NCBI GenBank assembly: GCA_016198415.1
Contig: JACQIO010000014.1
Span: forward strand, 1-51,258
Origin: Candidatus Berkelbacteria bacterium
GTDB taxonomy: Bacteria; Patescibacteriota; UBA1384; JACPKC01
DNA: 51,258 nucleotides
Direction of reading: 5' to 3'
The notes under the pieces are model-generated. The model was not told the DNA's origin. It saw only the letters and a list, made by a program, of their open reading frames with translations, and made no database searches. This document shows positions 8,616 through 19,373 of the stretch, piece by piece (the first letter of the stretch is position 1; every line of letters begins with the position of its first letter). The translations under genes were made by a program, and so were the position numbers.

Positions 8616-8636
8616 TTTCCACTTGACAAGTGGAAA
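8616..8636. repeat. Third TTCCAC/GTGGAA palindrome
   Basis: TTTCCACTTG-A-CAAGTGGAAA, same core as at 5618-5699. Confidence 0.75.
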
Positions 8637-8663
8637 GTGGGGGTCGTCGCTTGGCTGAGCGGC

Positions 8664-9734
<1,071 letters not shown>

Positions 9735-9845
9735 TCACCTCTTCATCGGCTCTGTCGATCCACACTCTACCACGACTGACGGGGTTTTTGTTCAAGCGCT
9801 TCCCACCCATGACAACTGACGCCGAACCAGGTATGATCCGGGCCG

Positions 9846-10712
9846 ATGGAACACATGGACGGCCGAGCCCTTGCCGAGGAGGTCGCAGGCACGCTCCGCA
9901 ACCGCGCGGCGGCGCTGCGTGAGCGCGGGATCGTGCCCACACTCGGCATTCTGGTGGTAGGGGACGATGAGCGGACGGCCAGCTACATCCGGGCCAAGGA
10001 GCGGATGGCGAGTGAGATTGGGATCGAGGTCCGGGTCCACCGCTTTGAGCAGTCCGAGCTGCCGGATCGCCTGCACGATCGCATCACGAAAGCCATGGCG
10101 CACTGGAACCGTGATCCGGCTGTCCATGGCCTGATCCTCCAGCTTCCGTTGCCGGCCGGCCTGGACGAGTCGGTCCTCTTGGATTGCATCGACCCGACCA
10201 AGGACGTTGACGGCCTAACGAGCACCAACCAGCACGCGCTCGAGGCGGGACAGCCCGGGATCGTCCCAGCCACCCCGCTGGGCATTCTGGCGCTCCTCCA
10301 AGCTTACGACGTGACCGTTGACGGCGCGACGGTCGCGATCGTGGGCACCGGTCGCTTAGTCGGTCAGCCCCTCGCCCACCTGCTCCAGGCCCGCGGCGCC
10401 TGCGTTCGGCTGGCTGATCGCGAGACGGCCGATCTGGCTGCGGTCACCCGCGGGGCCGAGATCGTGGTGGCCGCCGTTGGCCATCCCGGGCTCGTCACTG
10501 AGTCCATGATCGACCACGAGAGCGTCCTCATTGACGTGGGCTTGACCGAGCAGCATGGTATGCTCGTGGGAGATACCACCGAGGGCGCTCGGGCCAAAGC
10601 CCGCTTGAGCACGCCCGTTCCGGGTGGGGTGGGACCCATGACCGTGGTCTCGCTCTTGGGCAACGTGGTCCAAGCGGCCGAACAGTCCGCCCGGTCCCAG
10701 CCGTCAGCGTGA
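9846..10712 (+). CDS. folD: Bifunctional methylenetetrahydrofolate dehydrogenase/cyclohydrolase
   Basis: SYIRAK, GLILQLPLP, KDVDGL, PATPLG, TPVPGGVGPMTV. Confidence 0.95.
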   Translation: MEHMDGRALAEEVAGTLRNRAAALRERGIVPTLGILVVGDDERTASYIRAKERMASEIGIEVRVHRFEQSELPDRLHDRITKAMAHWNRDPAVHGLILQLPLPAGLDESVLLDCIDPTKDVDGLTSTNQHALEAGQPGIVPATPLGILALLQAYDVTVDGATVAIVGTGRLVGQPLAHLLQARGACVRLADRETADLAAVTRGAEIVVAAVGHPGLVTESMIDHESVLIDVGLTEQHGMLVGDTTEGARAKARLSTPVPGGVGPMTVVSLLGNVVQAAEQSARSQPSA

Positions 10713-10728
10713 GAGGGGAGCGTCCACC

Positions 10729-11448
10729 GTGGCCAGTCCCACATCGTCCGCACCAACCACCGTCCTCGCCATCATTCTCCCGGCCTACAACGAGGCTGGT
10801 CAGATTGGGACGGTCCTCGACGACCTCCCTGACCGATTGCCGGGAGTCGACCGGATTGAGCGGATCGTCGTCGACGATGGCTCCCGGGATGCAACCGGGC
10901 CCATTGCTCGGACCCATGGGGCGATCGTCGTTCGCCACCGCCTCAACCGCGGCGTTGGCCTGGCCCGCCGCACCGGCCTGGCCGCCGCCCGGGCGATTGG
11001 CGCCACCGTCGCCGTGACCTTGGATGCCGATGGCCAGCACGACCCAGATGAGATTAGCACCGTGATCGCACCCGTCCTCGCCGGCCAGGCCGATTTGGTG
11101 GTGGGGTCCCGGCTCATGAACCCAGCCGGTATGCCGCCCATCAAGCGCCTCGTCAACCGAAGTGCCAACCTCTTCCTCCGGCTGGCGTGGGGGATTCACT
11201 CAACCGACTCCCAGTCCGGCTTCCGCGCCTACCGGGTGGTCAGCGTCAACCGCCTCCGTCTCCGGACCAGCGGCTACGAGGCCGACACCGAGATCCTGAT
11301 TGCCGCCCAGGAAGCCAAGTTCCGGGTGATTGAGGTGCCGATCCGAGCCATCTATACTGAGTACTCAACGGGGGCTGGCCGTGGCCAGTCGTTGCTCAAC
11401 AGCATCACGATTGTGCTCCGGCTGATCATCCGGACCATCACCGGCTAG
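10729..11448 (+). CDS. Glycosyltransferase family 2 (DPM1-like)
   Basis: ILPAYNEA, VVDDGSRD, TLDADGQH, TDSQSGFRA. Confidence 0.92.
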   Translation: MASPTSSAPTTVLAIILPAYNEAGQIGTVLDDLPDRLPGVDRIERIVVDDGSRDATGPIARTHGAIVVRHRLNRGVGLARRTGLAAARAIGATVAVTLDADGQHDPDEISTVIAPVLAGQADLVVGSRLMNPAGMPPIKRLVNRSANLFLRLAWGIHSTDSQSGFRAYRVVSVNRLRLRTSGYEADTEILIAAQEAKFRVIEVPIRAIYTEYSTGAGRGQSLLNSITIVLRLIIRTITG

Positions 11449-11455
11449 GAGGCGT

Positions 11456-11845
11456 ATGCTTGCCACCGCGATTGTTGGATTCTTTGCCGCCCTTGTCATC
11501 GCCAAGTCCTTTGACGAGTTTCGGCGGGGACGTGAGGCCTTCCCCGTCTTCCTCTTCTGGGTCATCACCTGGTTGGCCGTCCTGCTCGTCGCGGTCTTCC
11601 CAAGCGTCACCGTCTGGCTCCGCCAAGAGGTCTTTGGGCCAGCGGTTGGTTTGGGCACGTTCTTTGGGATTGCGCTGGTCTTCCTCCTCTTCCTCTCCTA
11701 CCGGCTCTACCTCAAGACGGATCGGGTCGAGCGGGACCTGAATGCCCTCATCACCCAGCTCGCCCTCCGAGACCTGCCGGGAGGGCAGGAGGAGAAGGCC
11801 CGATCGAACCAGGGCTCCCGCGACCAAGCCTCGCCCCATCCATGA
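11456..11845 (+). CDS. DUF2304-like small membrane protein
   Basis: Three TM helices then a coiled tail (LNALITQLAL); usual partner downstream of DPM1-like GT2 genes. Confidence 0.75.
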   Translation: MLATAIVGFFAALVIAKSFDEFRRGREAFPVFLFWVITWLAVLLVAVFPSVTVWLRQEVFGPAVGLGTFFGIALVFLLFLSYRLYLKTDRVERDLNALITQLALRDLPGGQEEKARSNQGSRDQASPHP

Positions 11846-12942
11846 CCATCCTCTTTGTCCTCGAGCACTTTCACCCCTACATTGGCGGGGCAGCCGTCCT
11901 CTTCTCCGAGTTGACGCGCGCGCTCGTTCAGCGCGGCCATGCCGTCACCGTCATCACCAGCCGTCTCCCCGGGACACACCCAGAGGAGGACTGGCACGGC
12001 GTGCAGGTGGTCCGGGTGGCAACGCCACTCAGAGGCGATCGCTACTGGTTCACCCTGGGTGCCGTTCCGGCCGTGGTCCGGGCCGCCAAGCGGGCTGACC
12101 TGGTCCACACCACCACCTACAACGCGACCGCCCCAGCCTGGCTGGCAGCCAAGTTGTGGCGCAAGCCGATCCTCCTCTCGGTCCTGGAGATCTTTGGCCC
12201 GCGTTGGCACACCTACCCGCTCGCCCGGCCCGTCGCTGCGCTCTACCGCGGCCTGGAGTGGCTGATTGGGTCGATGCCCTACCACGCCCTGGTGGCCATC
12301 TCAGAGGCAACTGCCCGCGATCTCGAGCGACTCCGTGGCTCGGACCGCAATATCCACGTCATCCACTGCGGGATCGACGAGGCCCTGTTTGCCCGGAGGG
12401 AGCGACCAACCCCGAGCGCGGACGCCTTCCGCTTCCTCTACTTTGGCCGGCCCGGGATCTCCAAGGGCGTTGAGTACCTTGTGGAGGCGATGGCGACCCT
12501 CGCCCAACGTGAGGCCCGCGCCCGACTCGATCTCATCCTCTCGGCCGATCCACCCGGGCGGCGGGCGGCGCTCATCGAGCAGATTGCGGCCGCCGGAATT
12601 GGACACCGAGTGACGGTCCGGGAGCCCGTCTCCCGCACTGAGCTACCCGGCGAGATTGCCGCCGCCGATGCGGTCGTTGTCCCGTCCCTGGCCGAGGGCT
12701 TTGGCTTCTCAGCGGCTGAGGCCTGCGCCGTTGGGACACCGGTGGTCGCCACGACCGCTGGTTCACTCCCTGAGGTCGTCTCTGGGAACGTCGTCCTCGT
12801 CCCGCCCGGCGATGCCACCGCCCTGGCCAGTGGGATGCAGCAGATGATGACCGGTCAGTCTCAACTCATGCCCGAGCGCTCCTTCCGCTGGGAGACCGCG
12901 GCCGCGCGGTACGAAACGCTCTACCAGGAGCTCGTGGCGTGA
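11842..12942 (+). CDS. Glycosyltransferase family 4
   Basis: HPYIGGA, FGRPGISKG, VVPSLAEGFGFSAAEA. Confidence 0.92.
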   Translation: MTILFVLEHFHPYIGGAAVLFSELTRALVQRGHAVTVITSRLPGTHPEEDWHGVQVVRVATPLRGDRYWFTLGAVPAVVRAAKRADLVHTTTYNATAPAWLAAKLWRKPILLSVLEIFGPRWHTYPLARPVAALYRGLEWLIGSMPYHALVAISEATARDLERLRGSDRNIHVIHCGIDEALFARRERPTPSADAFRFLYFGRPGISKGVEYLVEAMATLAQREARARLDLILSADPPGRRAALIEQIAAAGIGHRVTVREPVSRTELPGEIAAADAVVVPSLAEGFGFSAAEACAVGTPVVATTAGSLPEVVSGNVVLVPPGDATALASGMQQMMTGQSQLMPERSFRWETAAARYETLYQELVA

Positions 12943-14120
12943 GAATCCTCCACGTCGTGCACCGGATCCCACCGTCTGTTGGTGGCTCCCAGCAGTACGC
13001 CTACCGCTTAGCCGTCGAGCAGGCCAAGCTCGGGCACGCCGTGACGATCGCCACCACCAGCTCAATCCACCCCACCGATGACGTCCCGGGCCTTTCGGTG
13101 ACCGGTCTGCACTGGCGTGCCACCAACGCCGACGCACCGGCCCATGAGCGGCGAGACGGGATCGAGATCTACCGGTTTCGGCCGCGCGCCCTCGTCTTTA
13201 CCTGGCTCTCTACCCCGCCCTTGGCGACCTGGCTTCGGCAGCATGTGACCGACTACGACGCGGTCCACACCCACGGCTACACCTTTGCCGAACCCTACTA
13301 TGCCGTCCGGGCCCGAGGCCGGCGGCGAGGGCCGCGGCTCGTCCTCTCTGGCCTTGATCTCACCCAACCCCACGCCTCGCCGCTCTTCCGGGCCATGATG
13401 TGGCTCTACGATCACACCCACGGCCGGCGCATCCTCGCCGGCCACGACCGCTTCATCGCGCTCACCCGCGACAACGCGCGCGACTACCAACGGCTCGGGG
13501 TGCCCGCGAGTCGGATCGAGGTGATCCCTGTTGGCATCAATCCCAACGAGTTTGCCTGGCCGCCTGCCAAGAAGCCAAAGGCACTCCGCCTCCTTTGCGT
13601 CGGCCGTCTCGTCGCCTACAAGGGATTCCAGTCCGCGATCGCGGCCATGCCCAAGCTCTTGCAGTCAGAGCCACGAGCAACGCTCGCGATTGTGGGCCAG
13701 GATCAAGGCTATGCAGCCAGCCTCAAGGCCCAAGCCACGGCCTTGGGAGTCGAGCGGTCCGTCGAGTTCCTCGGCTCACTGCCCCTCGATCGACTGGTGG
13801 CCGAGTTTCGCCGGGCCCACTACTTCGTCTTCCCGTCTATCAATGAGGGCTTTGGGATCGTCGTCTTGGAAGCAATCGCGGCCGGCTGCTACCCACTCTT
13901 GGCAACGGTCAAGTCACTCCGCCACCTCTTGCGTGAGATTGGGGGCAGTCCCGTGCGGATAAGCTCACTCGCCGCGGGCGCTCGTGACATTGCCCGGGTA
14001 GTGACGACGCGTTCGAACGCGGAGCGCGTCCGGGCCGTTCAAGGCATGCAGACGACGGTCGCCGAGCGCTACGCCTGGCCAGCCGTTGCCCGGCAGGTCT
14101 TGGCAACGTACCATAGGTAG
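12939..14120 (+). CDS. Glycosyltransferase family 4
   Basis: PPSVGGS, VGRLVAYKG, FPSINEGFGIVVLEA. Confidence 0.92.
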   Translation: MRILHVVHRIPPSVGGSQQYAYRLAVEQAKLGHAVTIATTSSIHPTDDVPGLSVTGLHWRATNADAPAHERRDGIEIYRFRPRALVFTWLSTPPLATWLRQHVTDYDAVHTHGYTFAEPYYAVRARGRRRGPRLVLSGLDLTQPHASPLFRAMMWLYDHTHGRRILAGHDRFIALTRDNARDYQRLGVPASRIEVIPVGINPNEFAWPPAKKPKALRLLCVGRLVAYKGFQSAIAAMPKLLQSEPRATLAIVGQDQGYAASLKAQATALGVERSVEFLGSLPLDRLVAEFRRAHYFVFPSINEGFGIVVLEAIAAGCYPLLATVKSLRHLLREIGGSPVRISSLAAGARDIARVVTTRSNAERVRAVQGMQTTVAERYAWPAVARQVLATYHR

Positions 14121-14121
14121 C

Positions 14122-15654
14122 ATGTCAGCCCGGGAGGTCCAGCCAGGGATGTGGGCACACCTCGGTCCCGTCCTCATCGGACTGGCCCTCTTTGTCATCT
14201 GCCTCCCGCTCAATCTCTCCTACTTTGAGTCGTCCTCGCCCCTCTTTTCCGGCGATGACCCAGCCGTCCACCTGACGGTCGTCAAAAGCCTGGTCAACGG
14301 GACCCCGATCGACGCCTCCATCTTCCCGGGCGAACACTACCGACTGCCGATCTCGCTCACCCACCGAGCGGCGGCCAGTCTCGCCACCACGCTGGGGACC
14401 GACCCGATCCAGACGTTCAAGGTCATGCTGGTGGTCATCTACACGACGGTCTCGCTCCTGGCCTTCTTCCTCCTCGTCCGACCACTCGGTCTCCACTGGG
14501 CGTTCGTGGCCAGCGCCTTTCTCAACTTCCTCTTCCTCTTCCAGGAACTCTTCTGGGGCGGCAACTTCAACCAGATCGTCGGTCTCGCCCTCGTCTTTGG
14601 AACGCTCCTCACGCTTGATGGCCTCGTCCGGGCGCCCACGTGGCGGAGTCGACTCGGATACCTCATCGGAACCCTCCTCCTCCTCGCCCTGACCGCCCGC
14701 GTCCATGACCTGACGTTTTTCCTCTTGGGCGTGATCGTGGCGGTGGTGACCATTGGGCGGCTGATCATCACCGCCCAACGGCCCTGGGTCGCTGGGGGTG
14801 CCCTGGCTGCCCTCTTGGTGGGACTGCCCCTCGCCTTCACCAGGGCACCGGGGAACTTTGGCCTCATGCAAGAGCAGATCTCACTCCTCCAGTTCCCAAT
14901 CCCGCCGGTCTTTGGGACCGCCGAGGCAGGCGCGGCGCTCCTGACCACGCTCATGCTGACTGGGCTGGTGTACCTGGCCAACCGGCGCGCCTGGCCACTG
15001 GTCGTCGCGCTCGTGGTCACGATGCTCTTAGCCACCGCTGGGAACAGCACCGAGGCCTTCTTCCCGTACCGGATCCTGGGCTACGCAGCGCCGCTCCTCA
15101 TCCTGGCACTGGTCGCTGGCGGGGCGGCCCTGGCTTCCTTCCTCCGCCCCCCTGGCCAGGTGGCGATCGCGTTCTTTGTCCTGATCTTTGGCCTCCTCTA
15201 CTTCCGCCAGACCTCGCTCATCTACCGAGCGACCTACCAAGGTGAGTCGTCGTTGCCAGCGCGAATCCCCGAGGCCGACGTCTCGGCCATGAGCTGGATT
15301 CGTGACCATACCCCTCCGGACGCGATTGTGGGGGGCGCCTTCAAGTGGGGAGCCTACATTCCCGTCTACGCAGATCGCCCCGTCTACTACTACCCCGATG
15401 CCGTGATTGGGTTTACCAGCCGCCCGGCCCTCCAGGAAGATATTCGTACCATGATGGCGGGCGAGTCGGCCAAGGAGCAAGCGGAGGCCAGCCAGCGGCT
15501 CGGCGTTGACTACATCCTGTGGGGGAAGCAACTGGCCGAGGATCGCCACCCCTACTTCAAGCGTATCGAGTACCAGAACCACTTCACGGATCCCGAGTAC
15601 TTTGAAGAGGTCTATCACCATGTCGATGGCACGACGGTCTACCGTGTTCGCTAG
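14122..15654 (+). CDS. Polytopic membrane protein, probable GT-C glycosyltransferase
   Basis: About 12 TM segments, GDDPAVH after the first TM, soluble tail with AMSWIRDHTPPDAIV; paralog of 37840-39366. Confidence 0.7.
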   Translation: MSAREVQPGMWAHLGPVLIGLALFVICLPLNLSYFESSSPLFSGDDPAVHLTVVKSLVNGTPIDASIFPGEHYRLPISLTHRAAASLATTLGTDPIQTFKVMLVVIYTTVSLLAFFLLVRPLGLHWAFVASAFLNFLFLFQELFWGGNFNQIVGLALVFGTLLTLDGLVRAPTWRSRLGYLIGTLLLLALTARVHDLTFFLLGVIVAVVTIGRLIITAQRPWVAGGALAALLVGLPLAFTRAPGNFGLMQEQISLLQFPIPPVFGTAEAGAALLTTLMLTGLVYLANRRAWPLVVALVVTMLLATAGNSTEAFFPYRILGYAAPLLILALVAGGAALASFLRPPGQVAIAFFVLIFGLLYFRQTSLIYRATYQGESSLPARIPEADVSAMSWIRDHTPPDAIVGGAFKWGAYIPVYADRPVYYYPDAVIGFTSRPALQEDIRTMMAGESAKEQAEASQRLGVDYILWGKQLAEDRHPYFKRIEYQNHFTDPEYFEEVYHHVDGTTVYRVR

Positions 15655-16030
15655 CCAACTGGCCAGGATCCTCGTGGGTGCGTGGCTCGTCTGGCTCGGG
15701 TACCAGCTCCTGGCTGGCCGGACTGGCTTCTCGGCCATCGTCCCCTTCTCGTGGATCGATCAGGTCGTCACTGCCTACGCCCACTGGGTCGCTGGTCTCA
15801 TCGACTACCCGTACGCCCCGATGGCCGCCTTGATGGGCTTCACGCTCCGGACCGTGATGGCAAGTCTCGCCCTGGGGCTGATCGTGTGGTGGGTGGGAGC
15901 GAGTCCAGGATCGTCGCCAGCTGACCGGTCAGTGTCTGGCGGGAAAACGGCAGGCCCCGAGCCTCGAGCCGCCGCTTCCCAAGGACGATCCGCACGCCCC
16001 GGGCGACCGATCGTGGTGCGGGGCGAGTGA
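15644..16030 (+). CDS. Small membrane protein (hypothetical)
   Basis: GTG overlaps the upstream gene's end; hydrophobic helices; 3' part overlaps the convergent GT4 gene. Confidence 0.45.
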   Translation: MFASQLARILVGAWLVWLGYQLLAGRTGFSAIVPFSWIDQVVTAYAHWVAGLIDYPYAPMAALMGFTLRTVMASLALGLIVWWVGASPGSSPADRSVSGGKTAGPEPRAAASQGRSARPGRPIVVRGE

Positions 16031-17132
16031 CGACCACTACGTTCTTCCCGTACCGGCGCAACAGCGTGGCATTGTCGCCCGCTGGCATGAGGCCGAGGAT
16101 CGGCAGCCCAAGCCTCAGGTACTCATACGTCTTGCCGGCAATGGGGCTGACCGTGGTGGCACCCCAAAACTCTTGGGTCAGGACCAGCGCCCGCAGACGT
16201 TGGAGCTCACTGAGGAGCTCCCGCCTGGGCAAGAAGCCGTGGTAGACAATGCGCGGTCGTAGATTGTATCGATCAGCCAGGGCCCAGAGCGCCTCGGGTG
16301 CAAAGATTCGTCCGTAGAGATGGAGGGTGAGATCTGGGACGAGCGCGAGGCCGCGCAGGAGTGGTTCGAACCGCTCGGGGTAGATCGTGCCGGCATAACC
16401 GAGGGTCCGGCCCGGATACGGATCAGTCGGCTTGGGCAGATTGGCAAAGAAGGCTTCGTCGTAGCCGTTGGGCAGGCAGTGGCAGCGGCCGTGCAGGAAC
16501 GGATAGCGCTTGAGGTAGGCAGTCCGAGCCGATGGACTGGTCAGCAGGAGACGGTCAGTGAATCGCAGGATGACTGACTCCCAGAGCCAGCTCCACGTCC
16601 GGCCGACCGGCCCAAACCGGCCGTAGGGGTCGAGTGACCAGGCGTCGCGGAAGTCGAGGACCAGGGGCCGGTGAAGGAGCAGTTTGGCGACCAGACCGGT
16701 CAGGGTGGGACCAAAGGGACCGCAGTTGACGTAGATGGCACAGATGTGGCGCGATCGGCCCAGCCGGAGCGCGGTCGGAATCGCGTGGACGGCCCACCAG
16801 CCGCGGAGCCAGACCATCGCCATCCGACCGAGCGCGAGGCCGAGCCGGCTCGAAGACTGAACGGTGCCGGTGGCTTCTGAGAATCGGTACGGGCCAAGCG
16901 ACCGACCGGATCGCCGGAACCAACCGATCAGATGCTCAAAGATGGTCGGAGGGGTGCGAGTGGCATAGGACGGATCGGACCAGGCCACGTCTAGCCCATC
17001 CCGACTGGTCACAACCACCGGTTGCCAGCCAAACTCGGGGAGATACCTCGCGAACTCTGAGACTCGCATCGCGCCGACCTCGGGACTCGGAGGATACAGA
17101 TAGGAGAGCATGAGCACGACGGGCCGTTTCAT
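15840..17132 (-). CDS. Glycosyltransferase family 4
   Basis: YLYPPSPEVGAMRV, LDFRDAW, PNGYD, YAGTIY, GKTYEYL. Confidence 0.9.
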   Translation of the reverse strand: MKRPVVLMLSYLYPPSPEVGAMRVSEFARYLPEFGWQPVVVTSRDGLDVAWSDPSYATRTPPTIFEHLIGWFRRSGRSLGPYRFSEATGTVQSSSRLGLALGRMAMVWLRGWWAVHAIPTALRLGRSRHICAIYVNCGPFGPTLTGLVAKLLLHRPLVLDFRDAWSLDPYGRFGPVGRTWSWLWESVILRFTDRLLLTSPSARTAYLKRYPFLHGRCHCLPNGYDEAFFANLPKPTDPYPGRTLGYAGTIYPERFEPLLRGLALVPDLTLHLYGRIFAPEALWALADRYNLRPRIVYHGFLPRRELLSELQRLRALVLTQEFWGATTVSPIAGKTYEYLRLGLPILGLMPAGDNATLLRRYGKNVVVVTRPAPRSVARGVRIVLGKRRLEARGLPFSRQTLTGQLATILDSLPPTTRSAPGRDLPSRSGA

Positions 17133-17159
17133 ACAAGAGACATCCGCTGAATTGCTGCG

Positions 17160-19373
17160 TCACTGAGCGAACAATGTTGTGGGTGTGTCACGGTATGACG
17201 TCGGCAGCCAGTCGCCCTCGATCACCGTCCCGGTCTTGGCCGAGTCGAGGACGTGGAAGGAACCGATAGTCGCCCGAACGGACTCCTCAAGCGAGATCGG
17301 GAAGAGGCCACCGGACGTCAGGGCAGCGCGGACGAGCTCAAGCTCAGCGCGGTGACCCTTGTCCTGGGTGGGCAATATCTCGGTCTGCTTGACACTTCCC
17401 ACGATCGTGAGCGATTTGAAGTCCTCGAGGATTGCCACGGTGTGGTCCCGGTAGACCTCAATCCGCTCCTTGGGCGCCTCGGCACTGCCAAGGGCGGTGT
17501 AGATGAGCTGAGCAAGACTGCCGTCGTCAAGCTCGATCGTGGCCGAGACGTTATCCCGTGGCATCGTGTCGTGCGTGATCCCCTCGGTGCCAATCTGACG
17601 GGCCCAGAGCCGGACTGGCTTGGCACCGGTCAGCCAGAGGACGTAGTCAAGGAAGTGGCAGGCCTCACCGATGACCCGGCCACCGCCCTCATAGGGGTCA
17701 ACGGTCCAGTGGGAGCGGGGCAGCGGTCCGGCGTTGGCCCGGATCAGGATCTGAGCTGGACCCGCCAGCCCACCGAGCGCTCTCTTCATGGCCACGGAGA
17801 GCGGTGAGAAACGGCGATTGAAGCCAACCATCACCTGGCGCTTACTCCGTCGAGCGGCAGCGATGACAGCCGCGGTTTCTTCCAGATTCATCGCCAGGGG
17901 CTTCTCAACAAAGACGTCTTTCTTCGCCTTGAGCGCCTCGATCGCCATCGACGCATGGAGGTTGTGCCGCGTGGTAATCACGACCAAGTCAACGTCCGGC
18001 CGCTTGAGGAGTTCGCGGTAGTCGGTTGTGACGACGGCTGCACCGTAGGTTCGACCCAGTCGCTGAATCTCCGACCCAAGTCGATCGGCGATCCCAACCA
18101 ATCGGAAGTCAGCAATCTCTTTGAGGTTGGGGAGGTGCATCGCCCGGGCAAAGTTGCCAGCGCCCACGAGCGCCACGCCAATGGAGCCACCAACCGGGCG
18201 TGGAGCCGTATCCAAGATGAAGACCGGGGAGGTCGTCTGGCGCGTTCGTTCGGACGGCGGGTACGCCAGCACCACCCCGGGCAGATTCGCTAGATCTTTC
18301 AGCGTGCCATACGCAGCCGGCGCCTCATCGATGGAGAAGATGCGACTCGTCAGACTCGCCACATCAATCCGGCCCATGGCAAGCAGGTCAAGGAAGGCCT
18401 GCATGTTCCGGTTCTCGGTCCAGCGGACGTAGGCAATTGGGTAGTCGTGCCCACCAACTTCGTAGTCGAGGTCGTAGCGGCCTGGGCCATAGGAGGTGGA
18501 GATCAAGAAGTCGGCCTCACGCTGGTAGAAGTCCGGCCGCTCAAGGTCCATACCAACCGCGCCGACCACGACCACCCTCCCTTTGCGCCGGATCATCTGC
18601 ATCGCTTCGTTGGCGGGTGCGCTCGATGACGTGCCGGCGGTGATGATCACCGCATCCGCCCCAACGCCGCTGGACCAGTCGAGGACCCGGGCCACGGACC
18701 TGTCCTTCCCCGCGATCGCCGATCCCGACAGTCCAAAGGACCGCGCCAACTTGACCCGAGCCGGGTTGGTGTCAATCCCGAACACCTGGCAACCGGCCGC
18801 ACGGAGCAGTTGGACGGTCAACTGACCAATGAGGCCGAGGCCGGTCACGACGACGCGCTCGCCAAGGCGAACGTCGGCCCGGCGAACTCCCTGAAGCGCA
18901 ATCGCGCCGACGGTCGTGTAGCAGGCCTGCTCGGTGGGGACACCGTCCGGGATCTTCGTGACGAGGTTGACTGGCACGTTATTGACCTCGGCGTGCGCGG
19001 CGATCGCTGCCCCAGCGGCCGCCACCCGGTCACCGGGTCGGAAGGTCGTGACCCGATCCCCAACCGCCACCACCTCACCCGCCGCCGAGTAGCCGAGGGC
19101 GAGGAGTTCGGCGTTCTCCTGGGCTTCTTTCACGATCTGCCGGGTTCGACTCACCCCGTGCTTGGCAACCATCGCCAACCCTTGCTTGACAAGGGCAGGG
19201 TTGCGGAGCGCCCGCACCAAGAGCGAGTCGGCCGTGGACTGAATCGCACCACTCTCCGTCCCGGCTGAGATGAGCGAGTGGGCGGTCCGGATCAGGACGC
19301 TGCCAGGGTCAACGGTGGGAGCCGGCACCTCCTCCACCACAATCGCGCCTACCTTCGAGAAGACCTGCTTCAT
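17160..19373 (-). CDS. Bi-domain oxidoreductase (Zn-binding dehydrogenase plus Gfo/Idh/MocA)
   Basis: SLISAGTE, LGYSAAG, GLGLIGQ, SYGPGRYD..YE, VFVEKPLA, VGFNRRF, GEACHF; ATG 19373 coupled to the upstream stop. Confidence 0.92.
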   Translation of the reverse strand: MKQVFSKVGAIVVEEVPAPTVDPGSVLIRTAHSLISAGTESGAIQSTADSLLVRALRNPALVKQGLAMVAKHGVSRTRQIVKEAQENAELLALGYSAAGEVVAVGDRVTTFRPGDRVAAAGAAIAAHAEVNNVPVNLVTKIPDGVPTEQACYTTVGAIALQGVRRADVRLGERVVVTGLGLIGQLTVQLLRAAGCQVFGIDTNPARVKLARSFGLSGSAIAGKDRSVARVLDWSSGVGADAVIITAGTSSSAPANEAMQMIRRKGRVVVVGAVGMDLERPDFYQREADFLISTSYGPGRYDLDYEVGGHDYPIAYVRWTENRNMQAFLDLLAMGRIDVASLTSRIFSIDEAPAAYGTLKDLANLPGVVLAYPPSERTRQTTSPVFILDTAPRPVGGSIGVALVGAGNFARAMHLPNLKEIADFRLVGIADRLGSEIQRLGRTYGAAVVTTDYRELLKRPDVDLVVITTRHNLHASMAIEALKAKKDVFVEKPLAMNLEETAAVIAAARRSKRQVMVGFNRRFSPLSVAMKRALGGLAGPAQILIRANAGPLPRSHWTVDPYEGGGRVIGEACHFLDYVLWLTGAKPVRLWARQIGTEGITHDTMPRDNVSATIELDDGSLAQLIYTALGSAEAPKERIEVYRDHTVAILEDFKSLTIVGSVKQTEILPTQDKGHRAELELVRAALTSGGLFPISLEESVRATIGSFHVLDSAKTGTVIEGDWLPTSYRDTPTTLFAQ

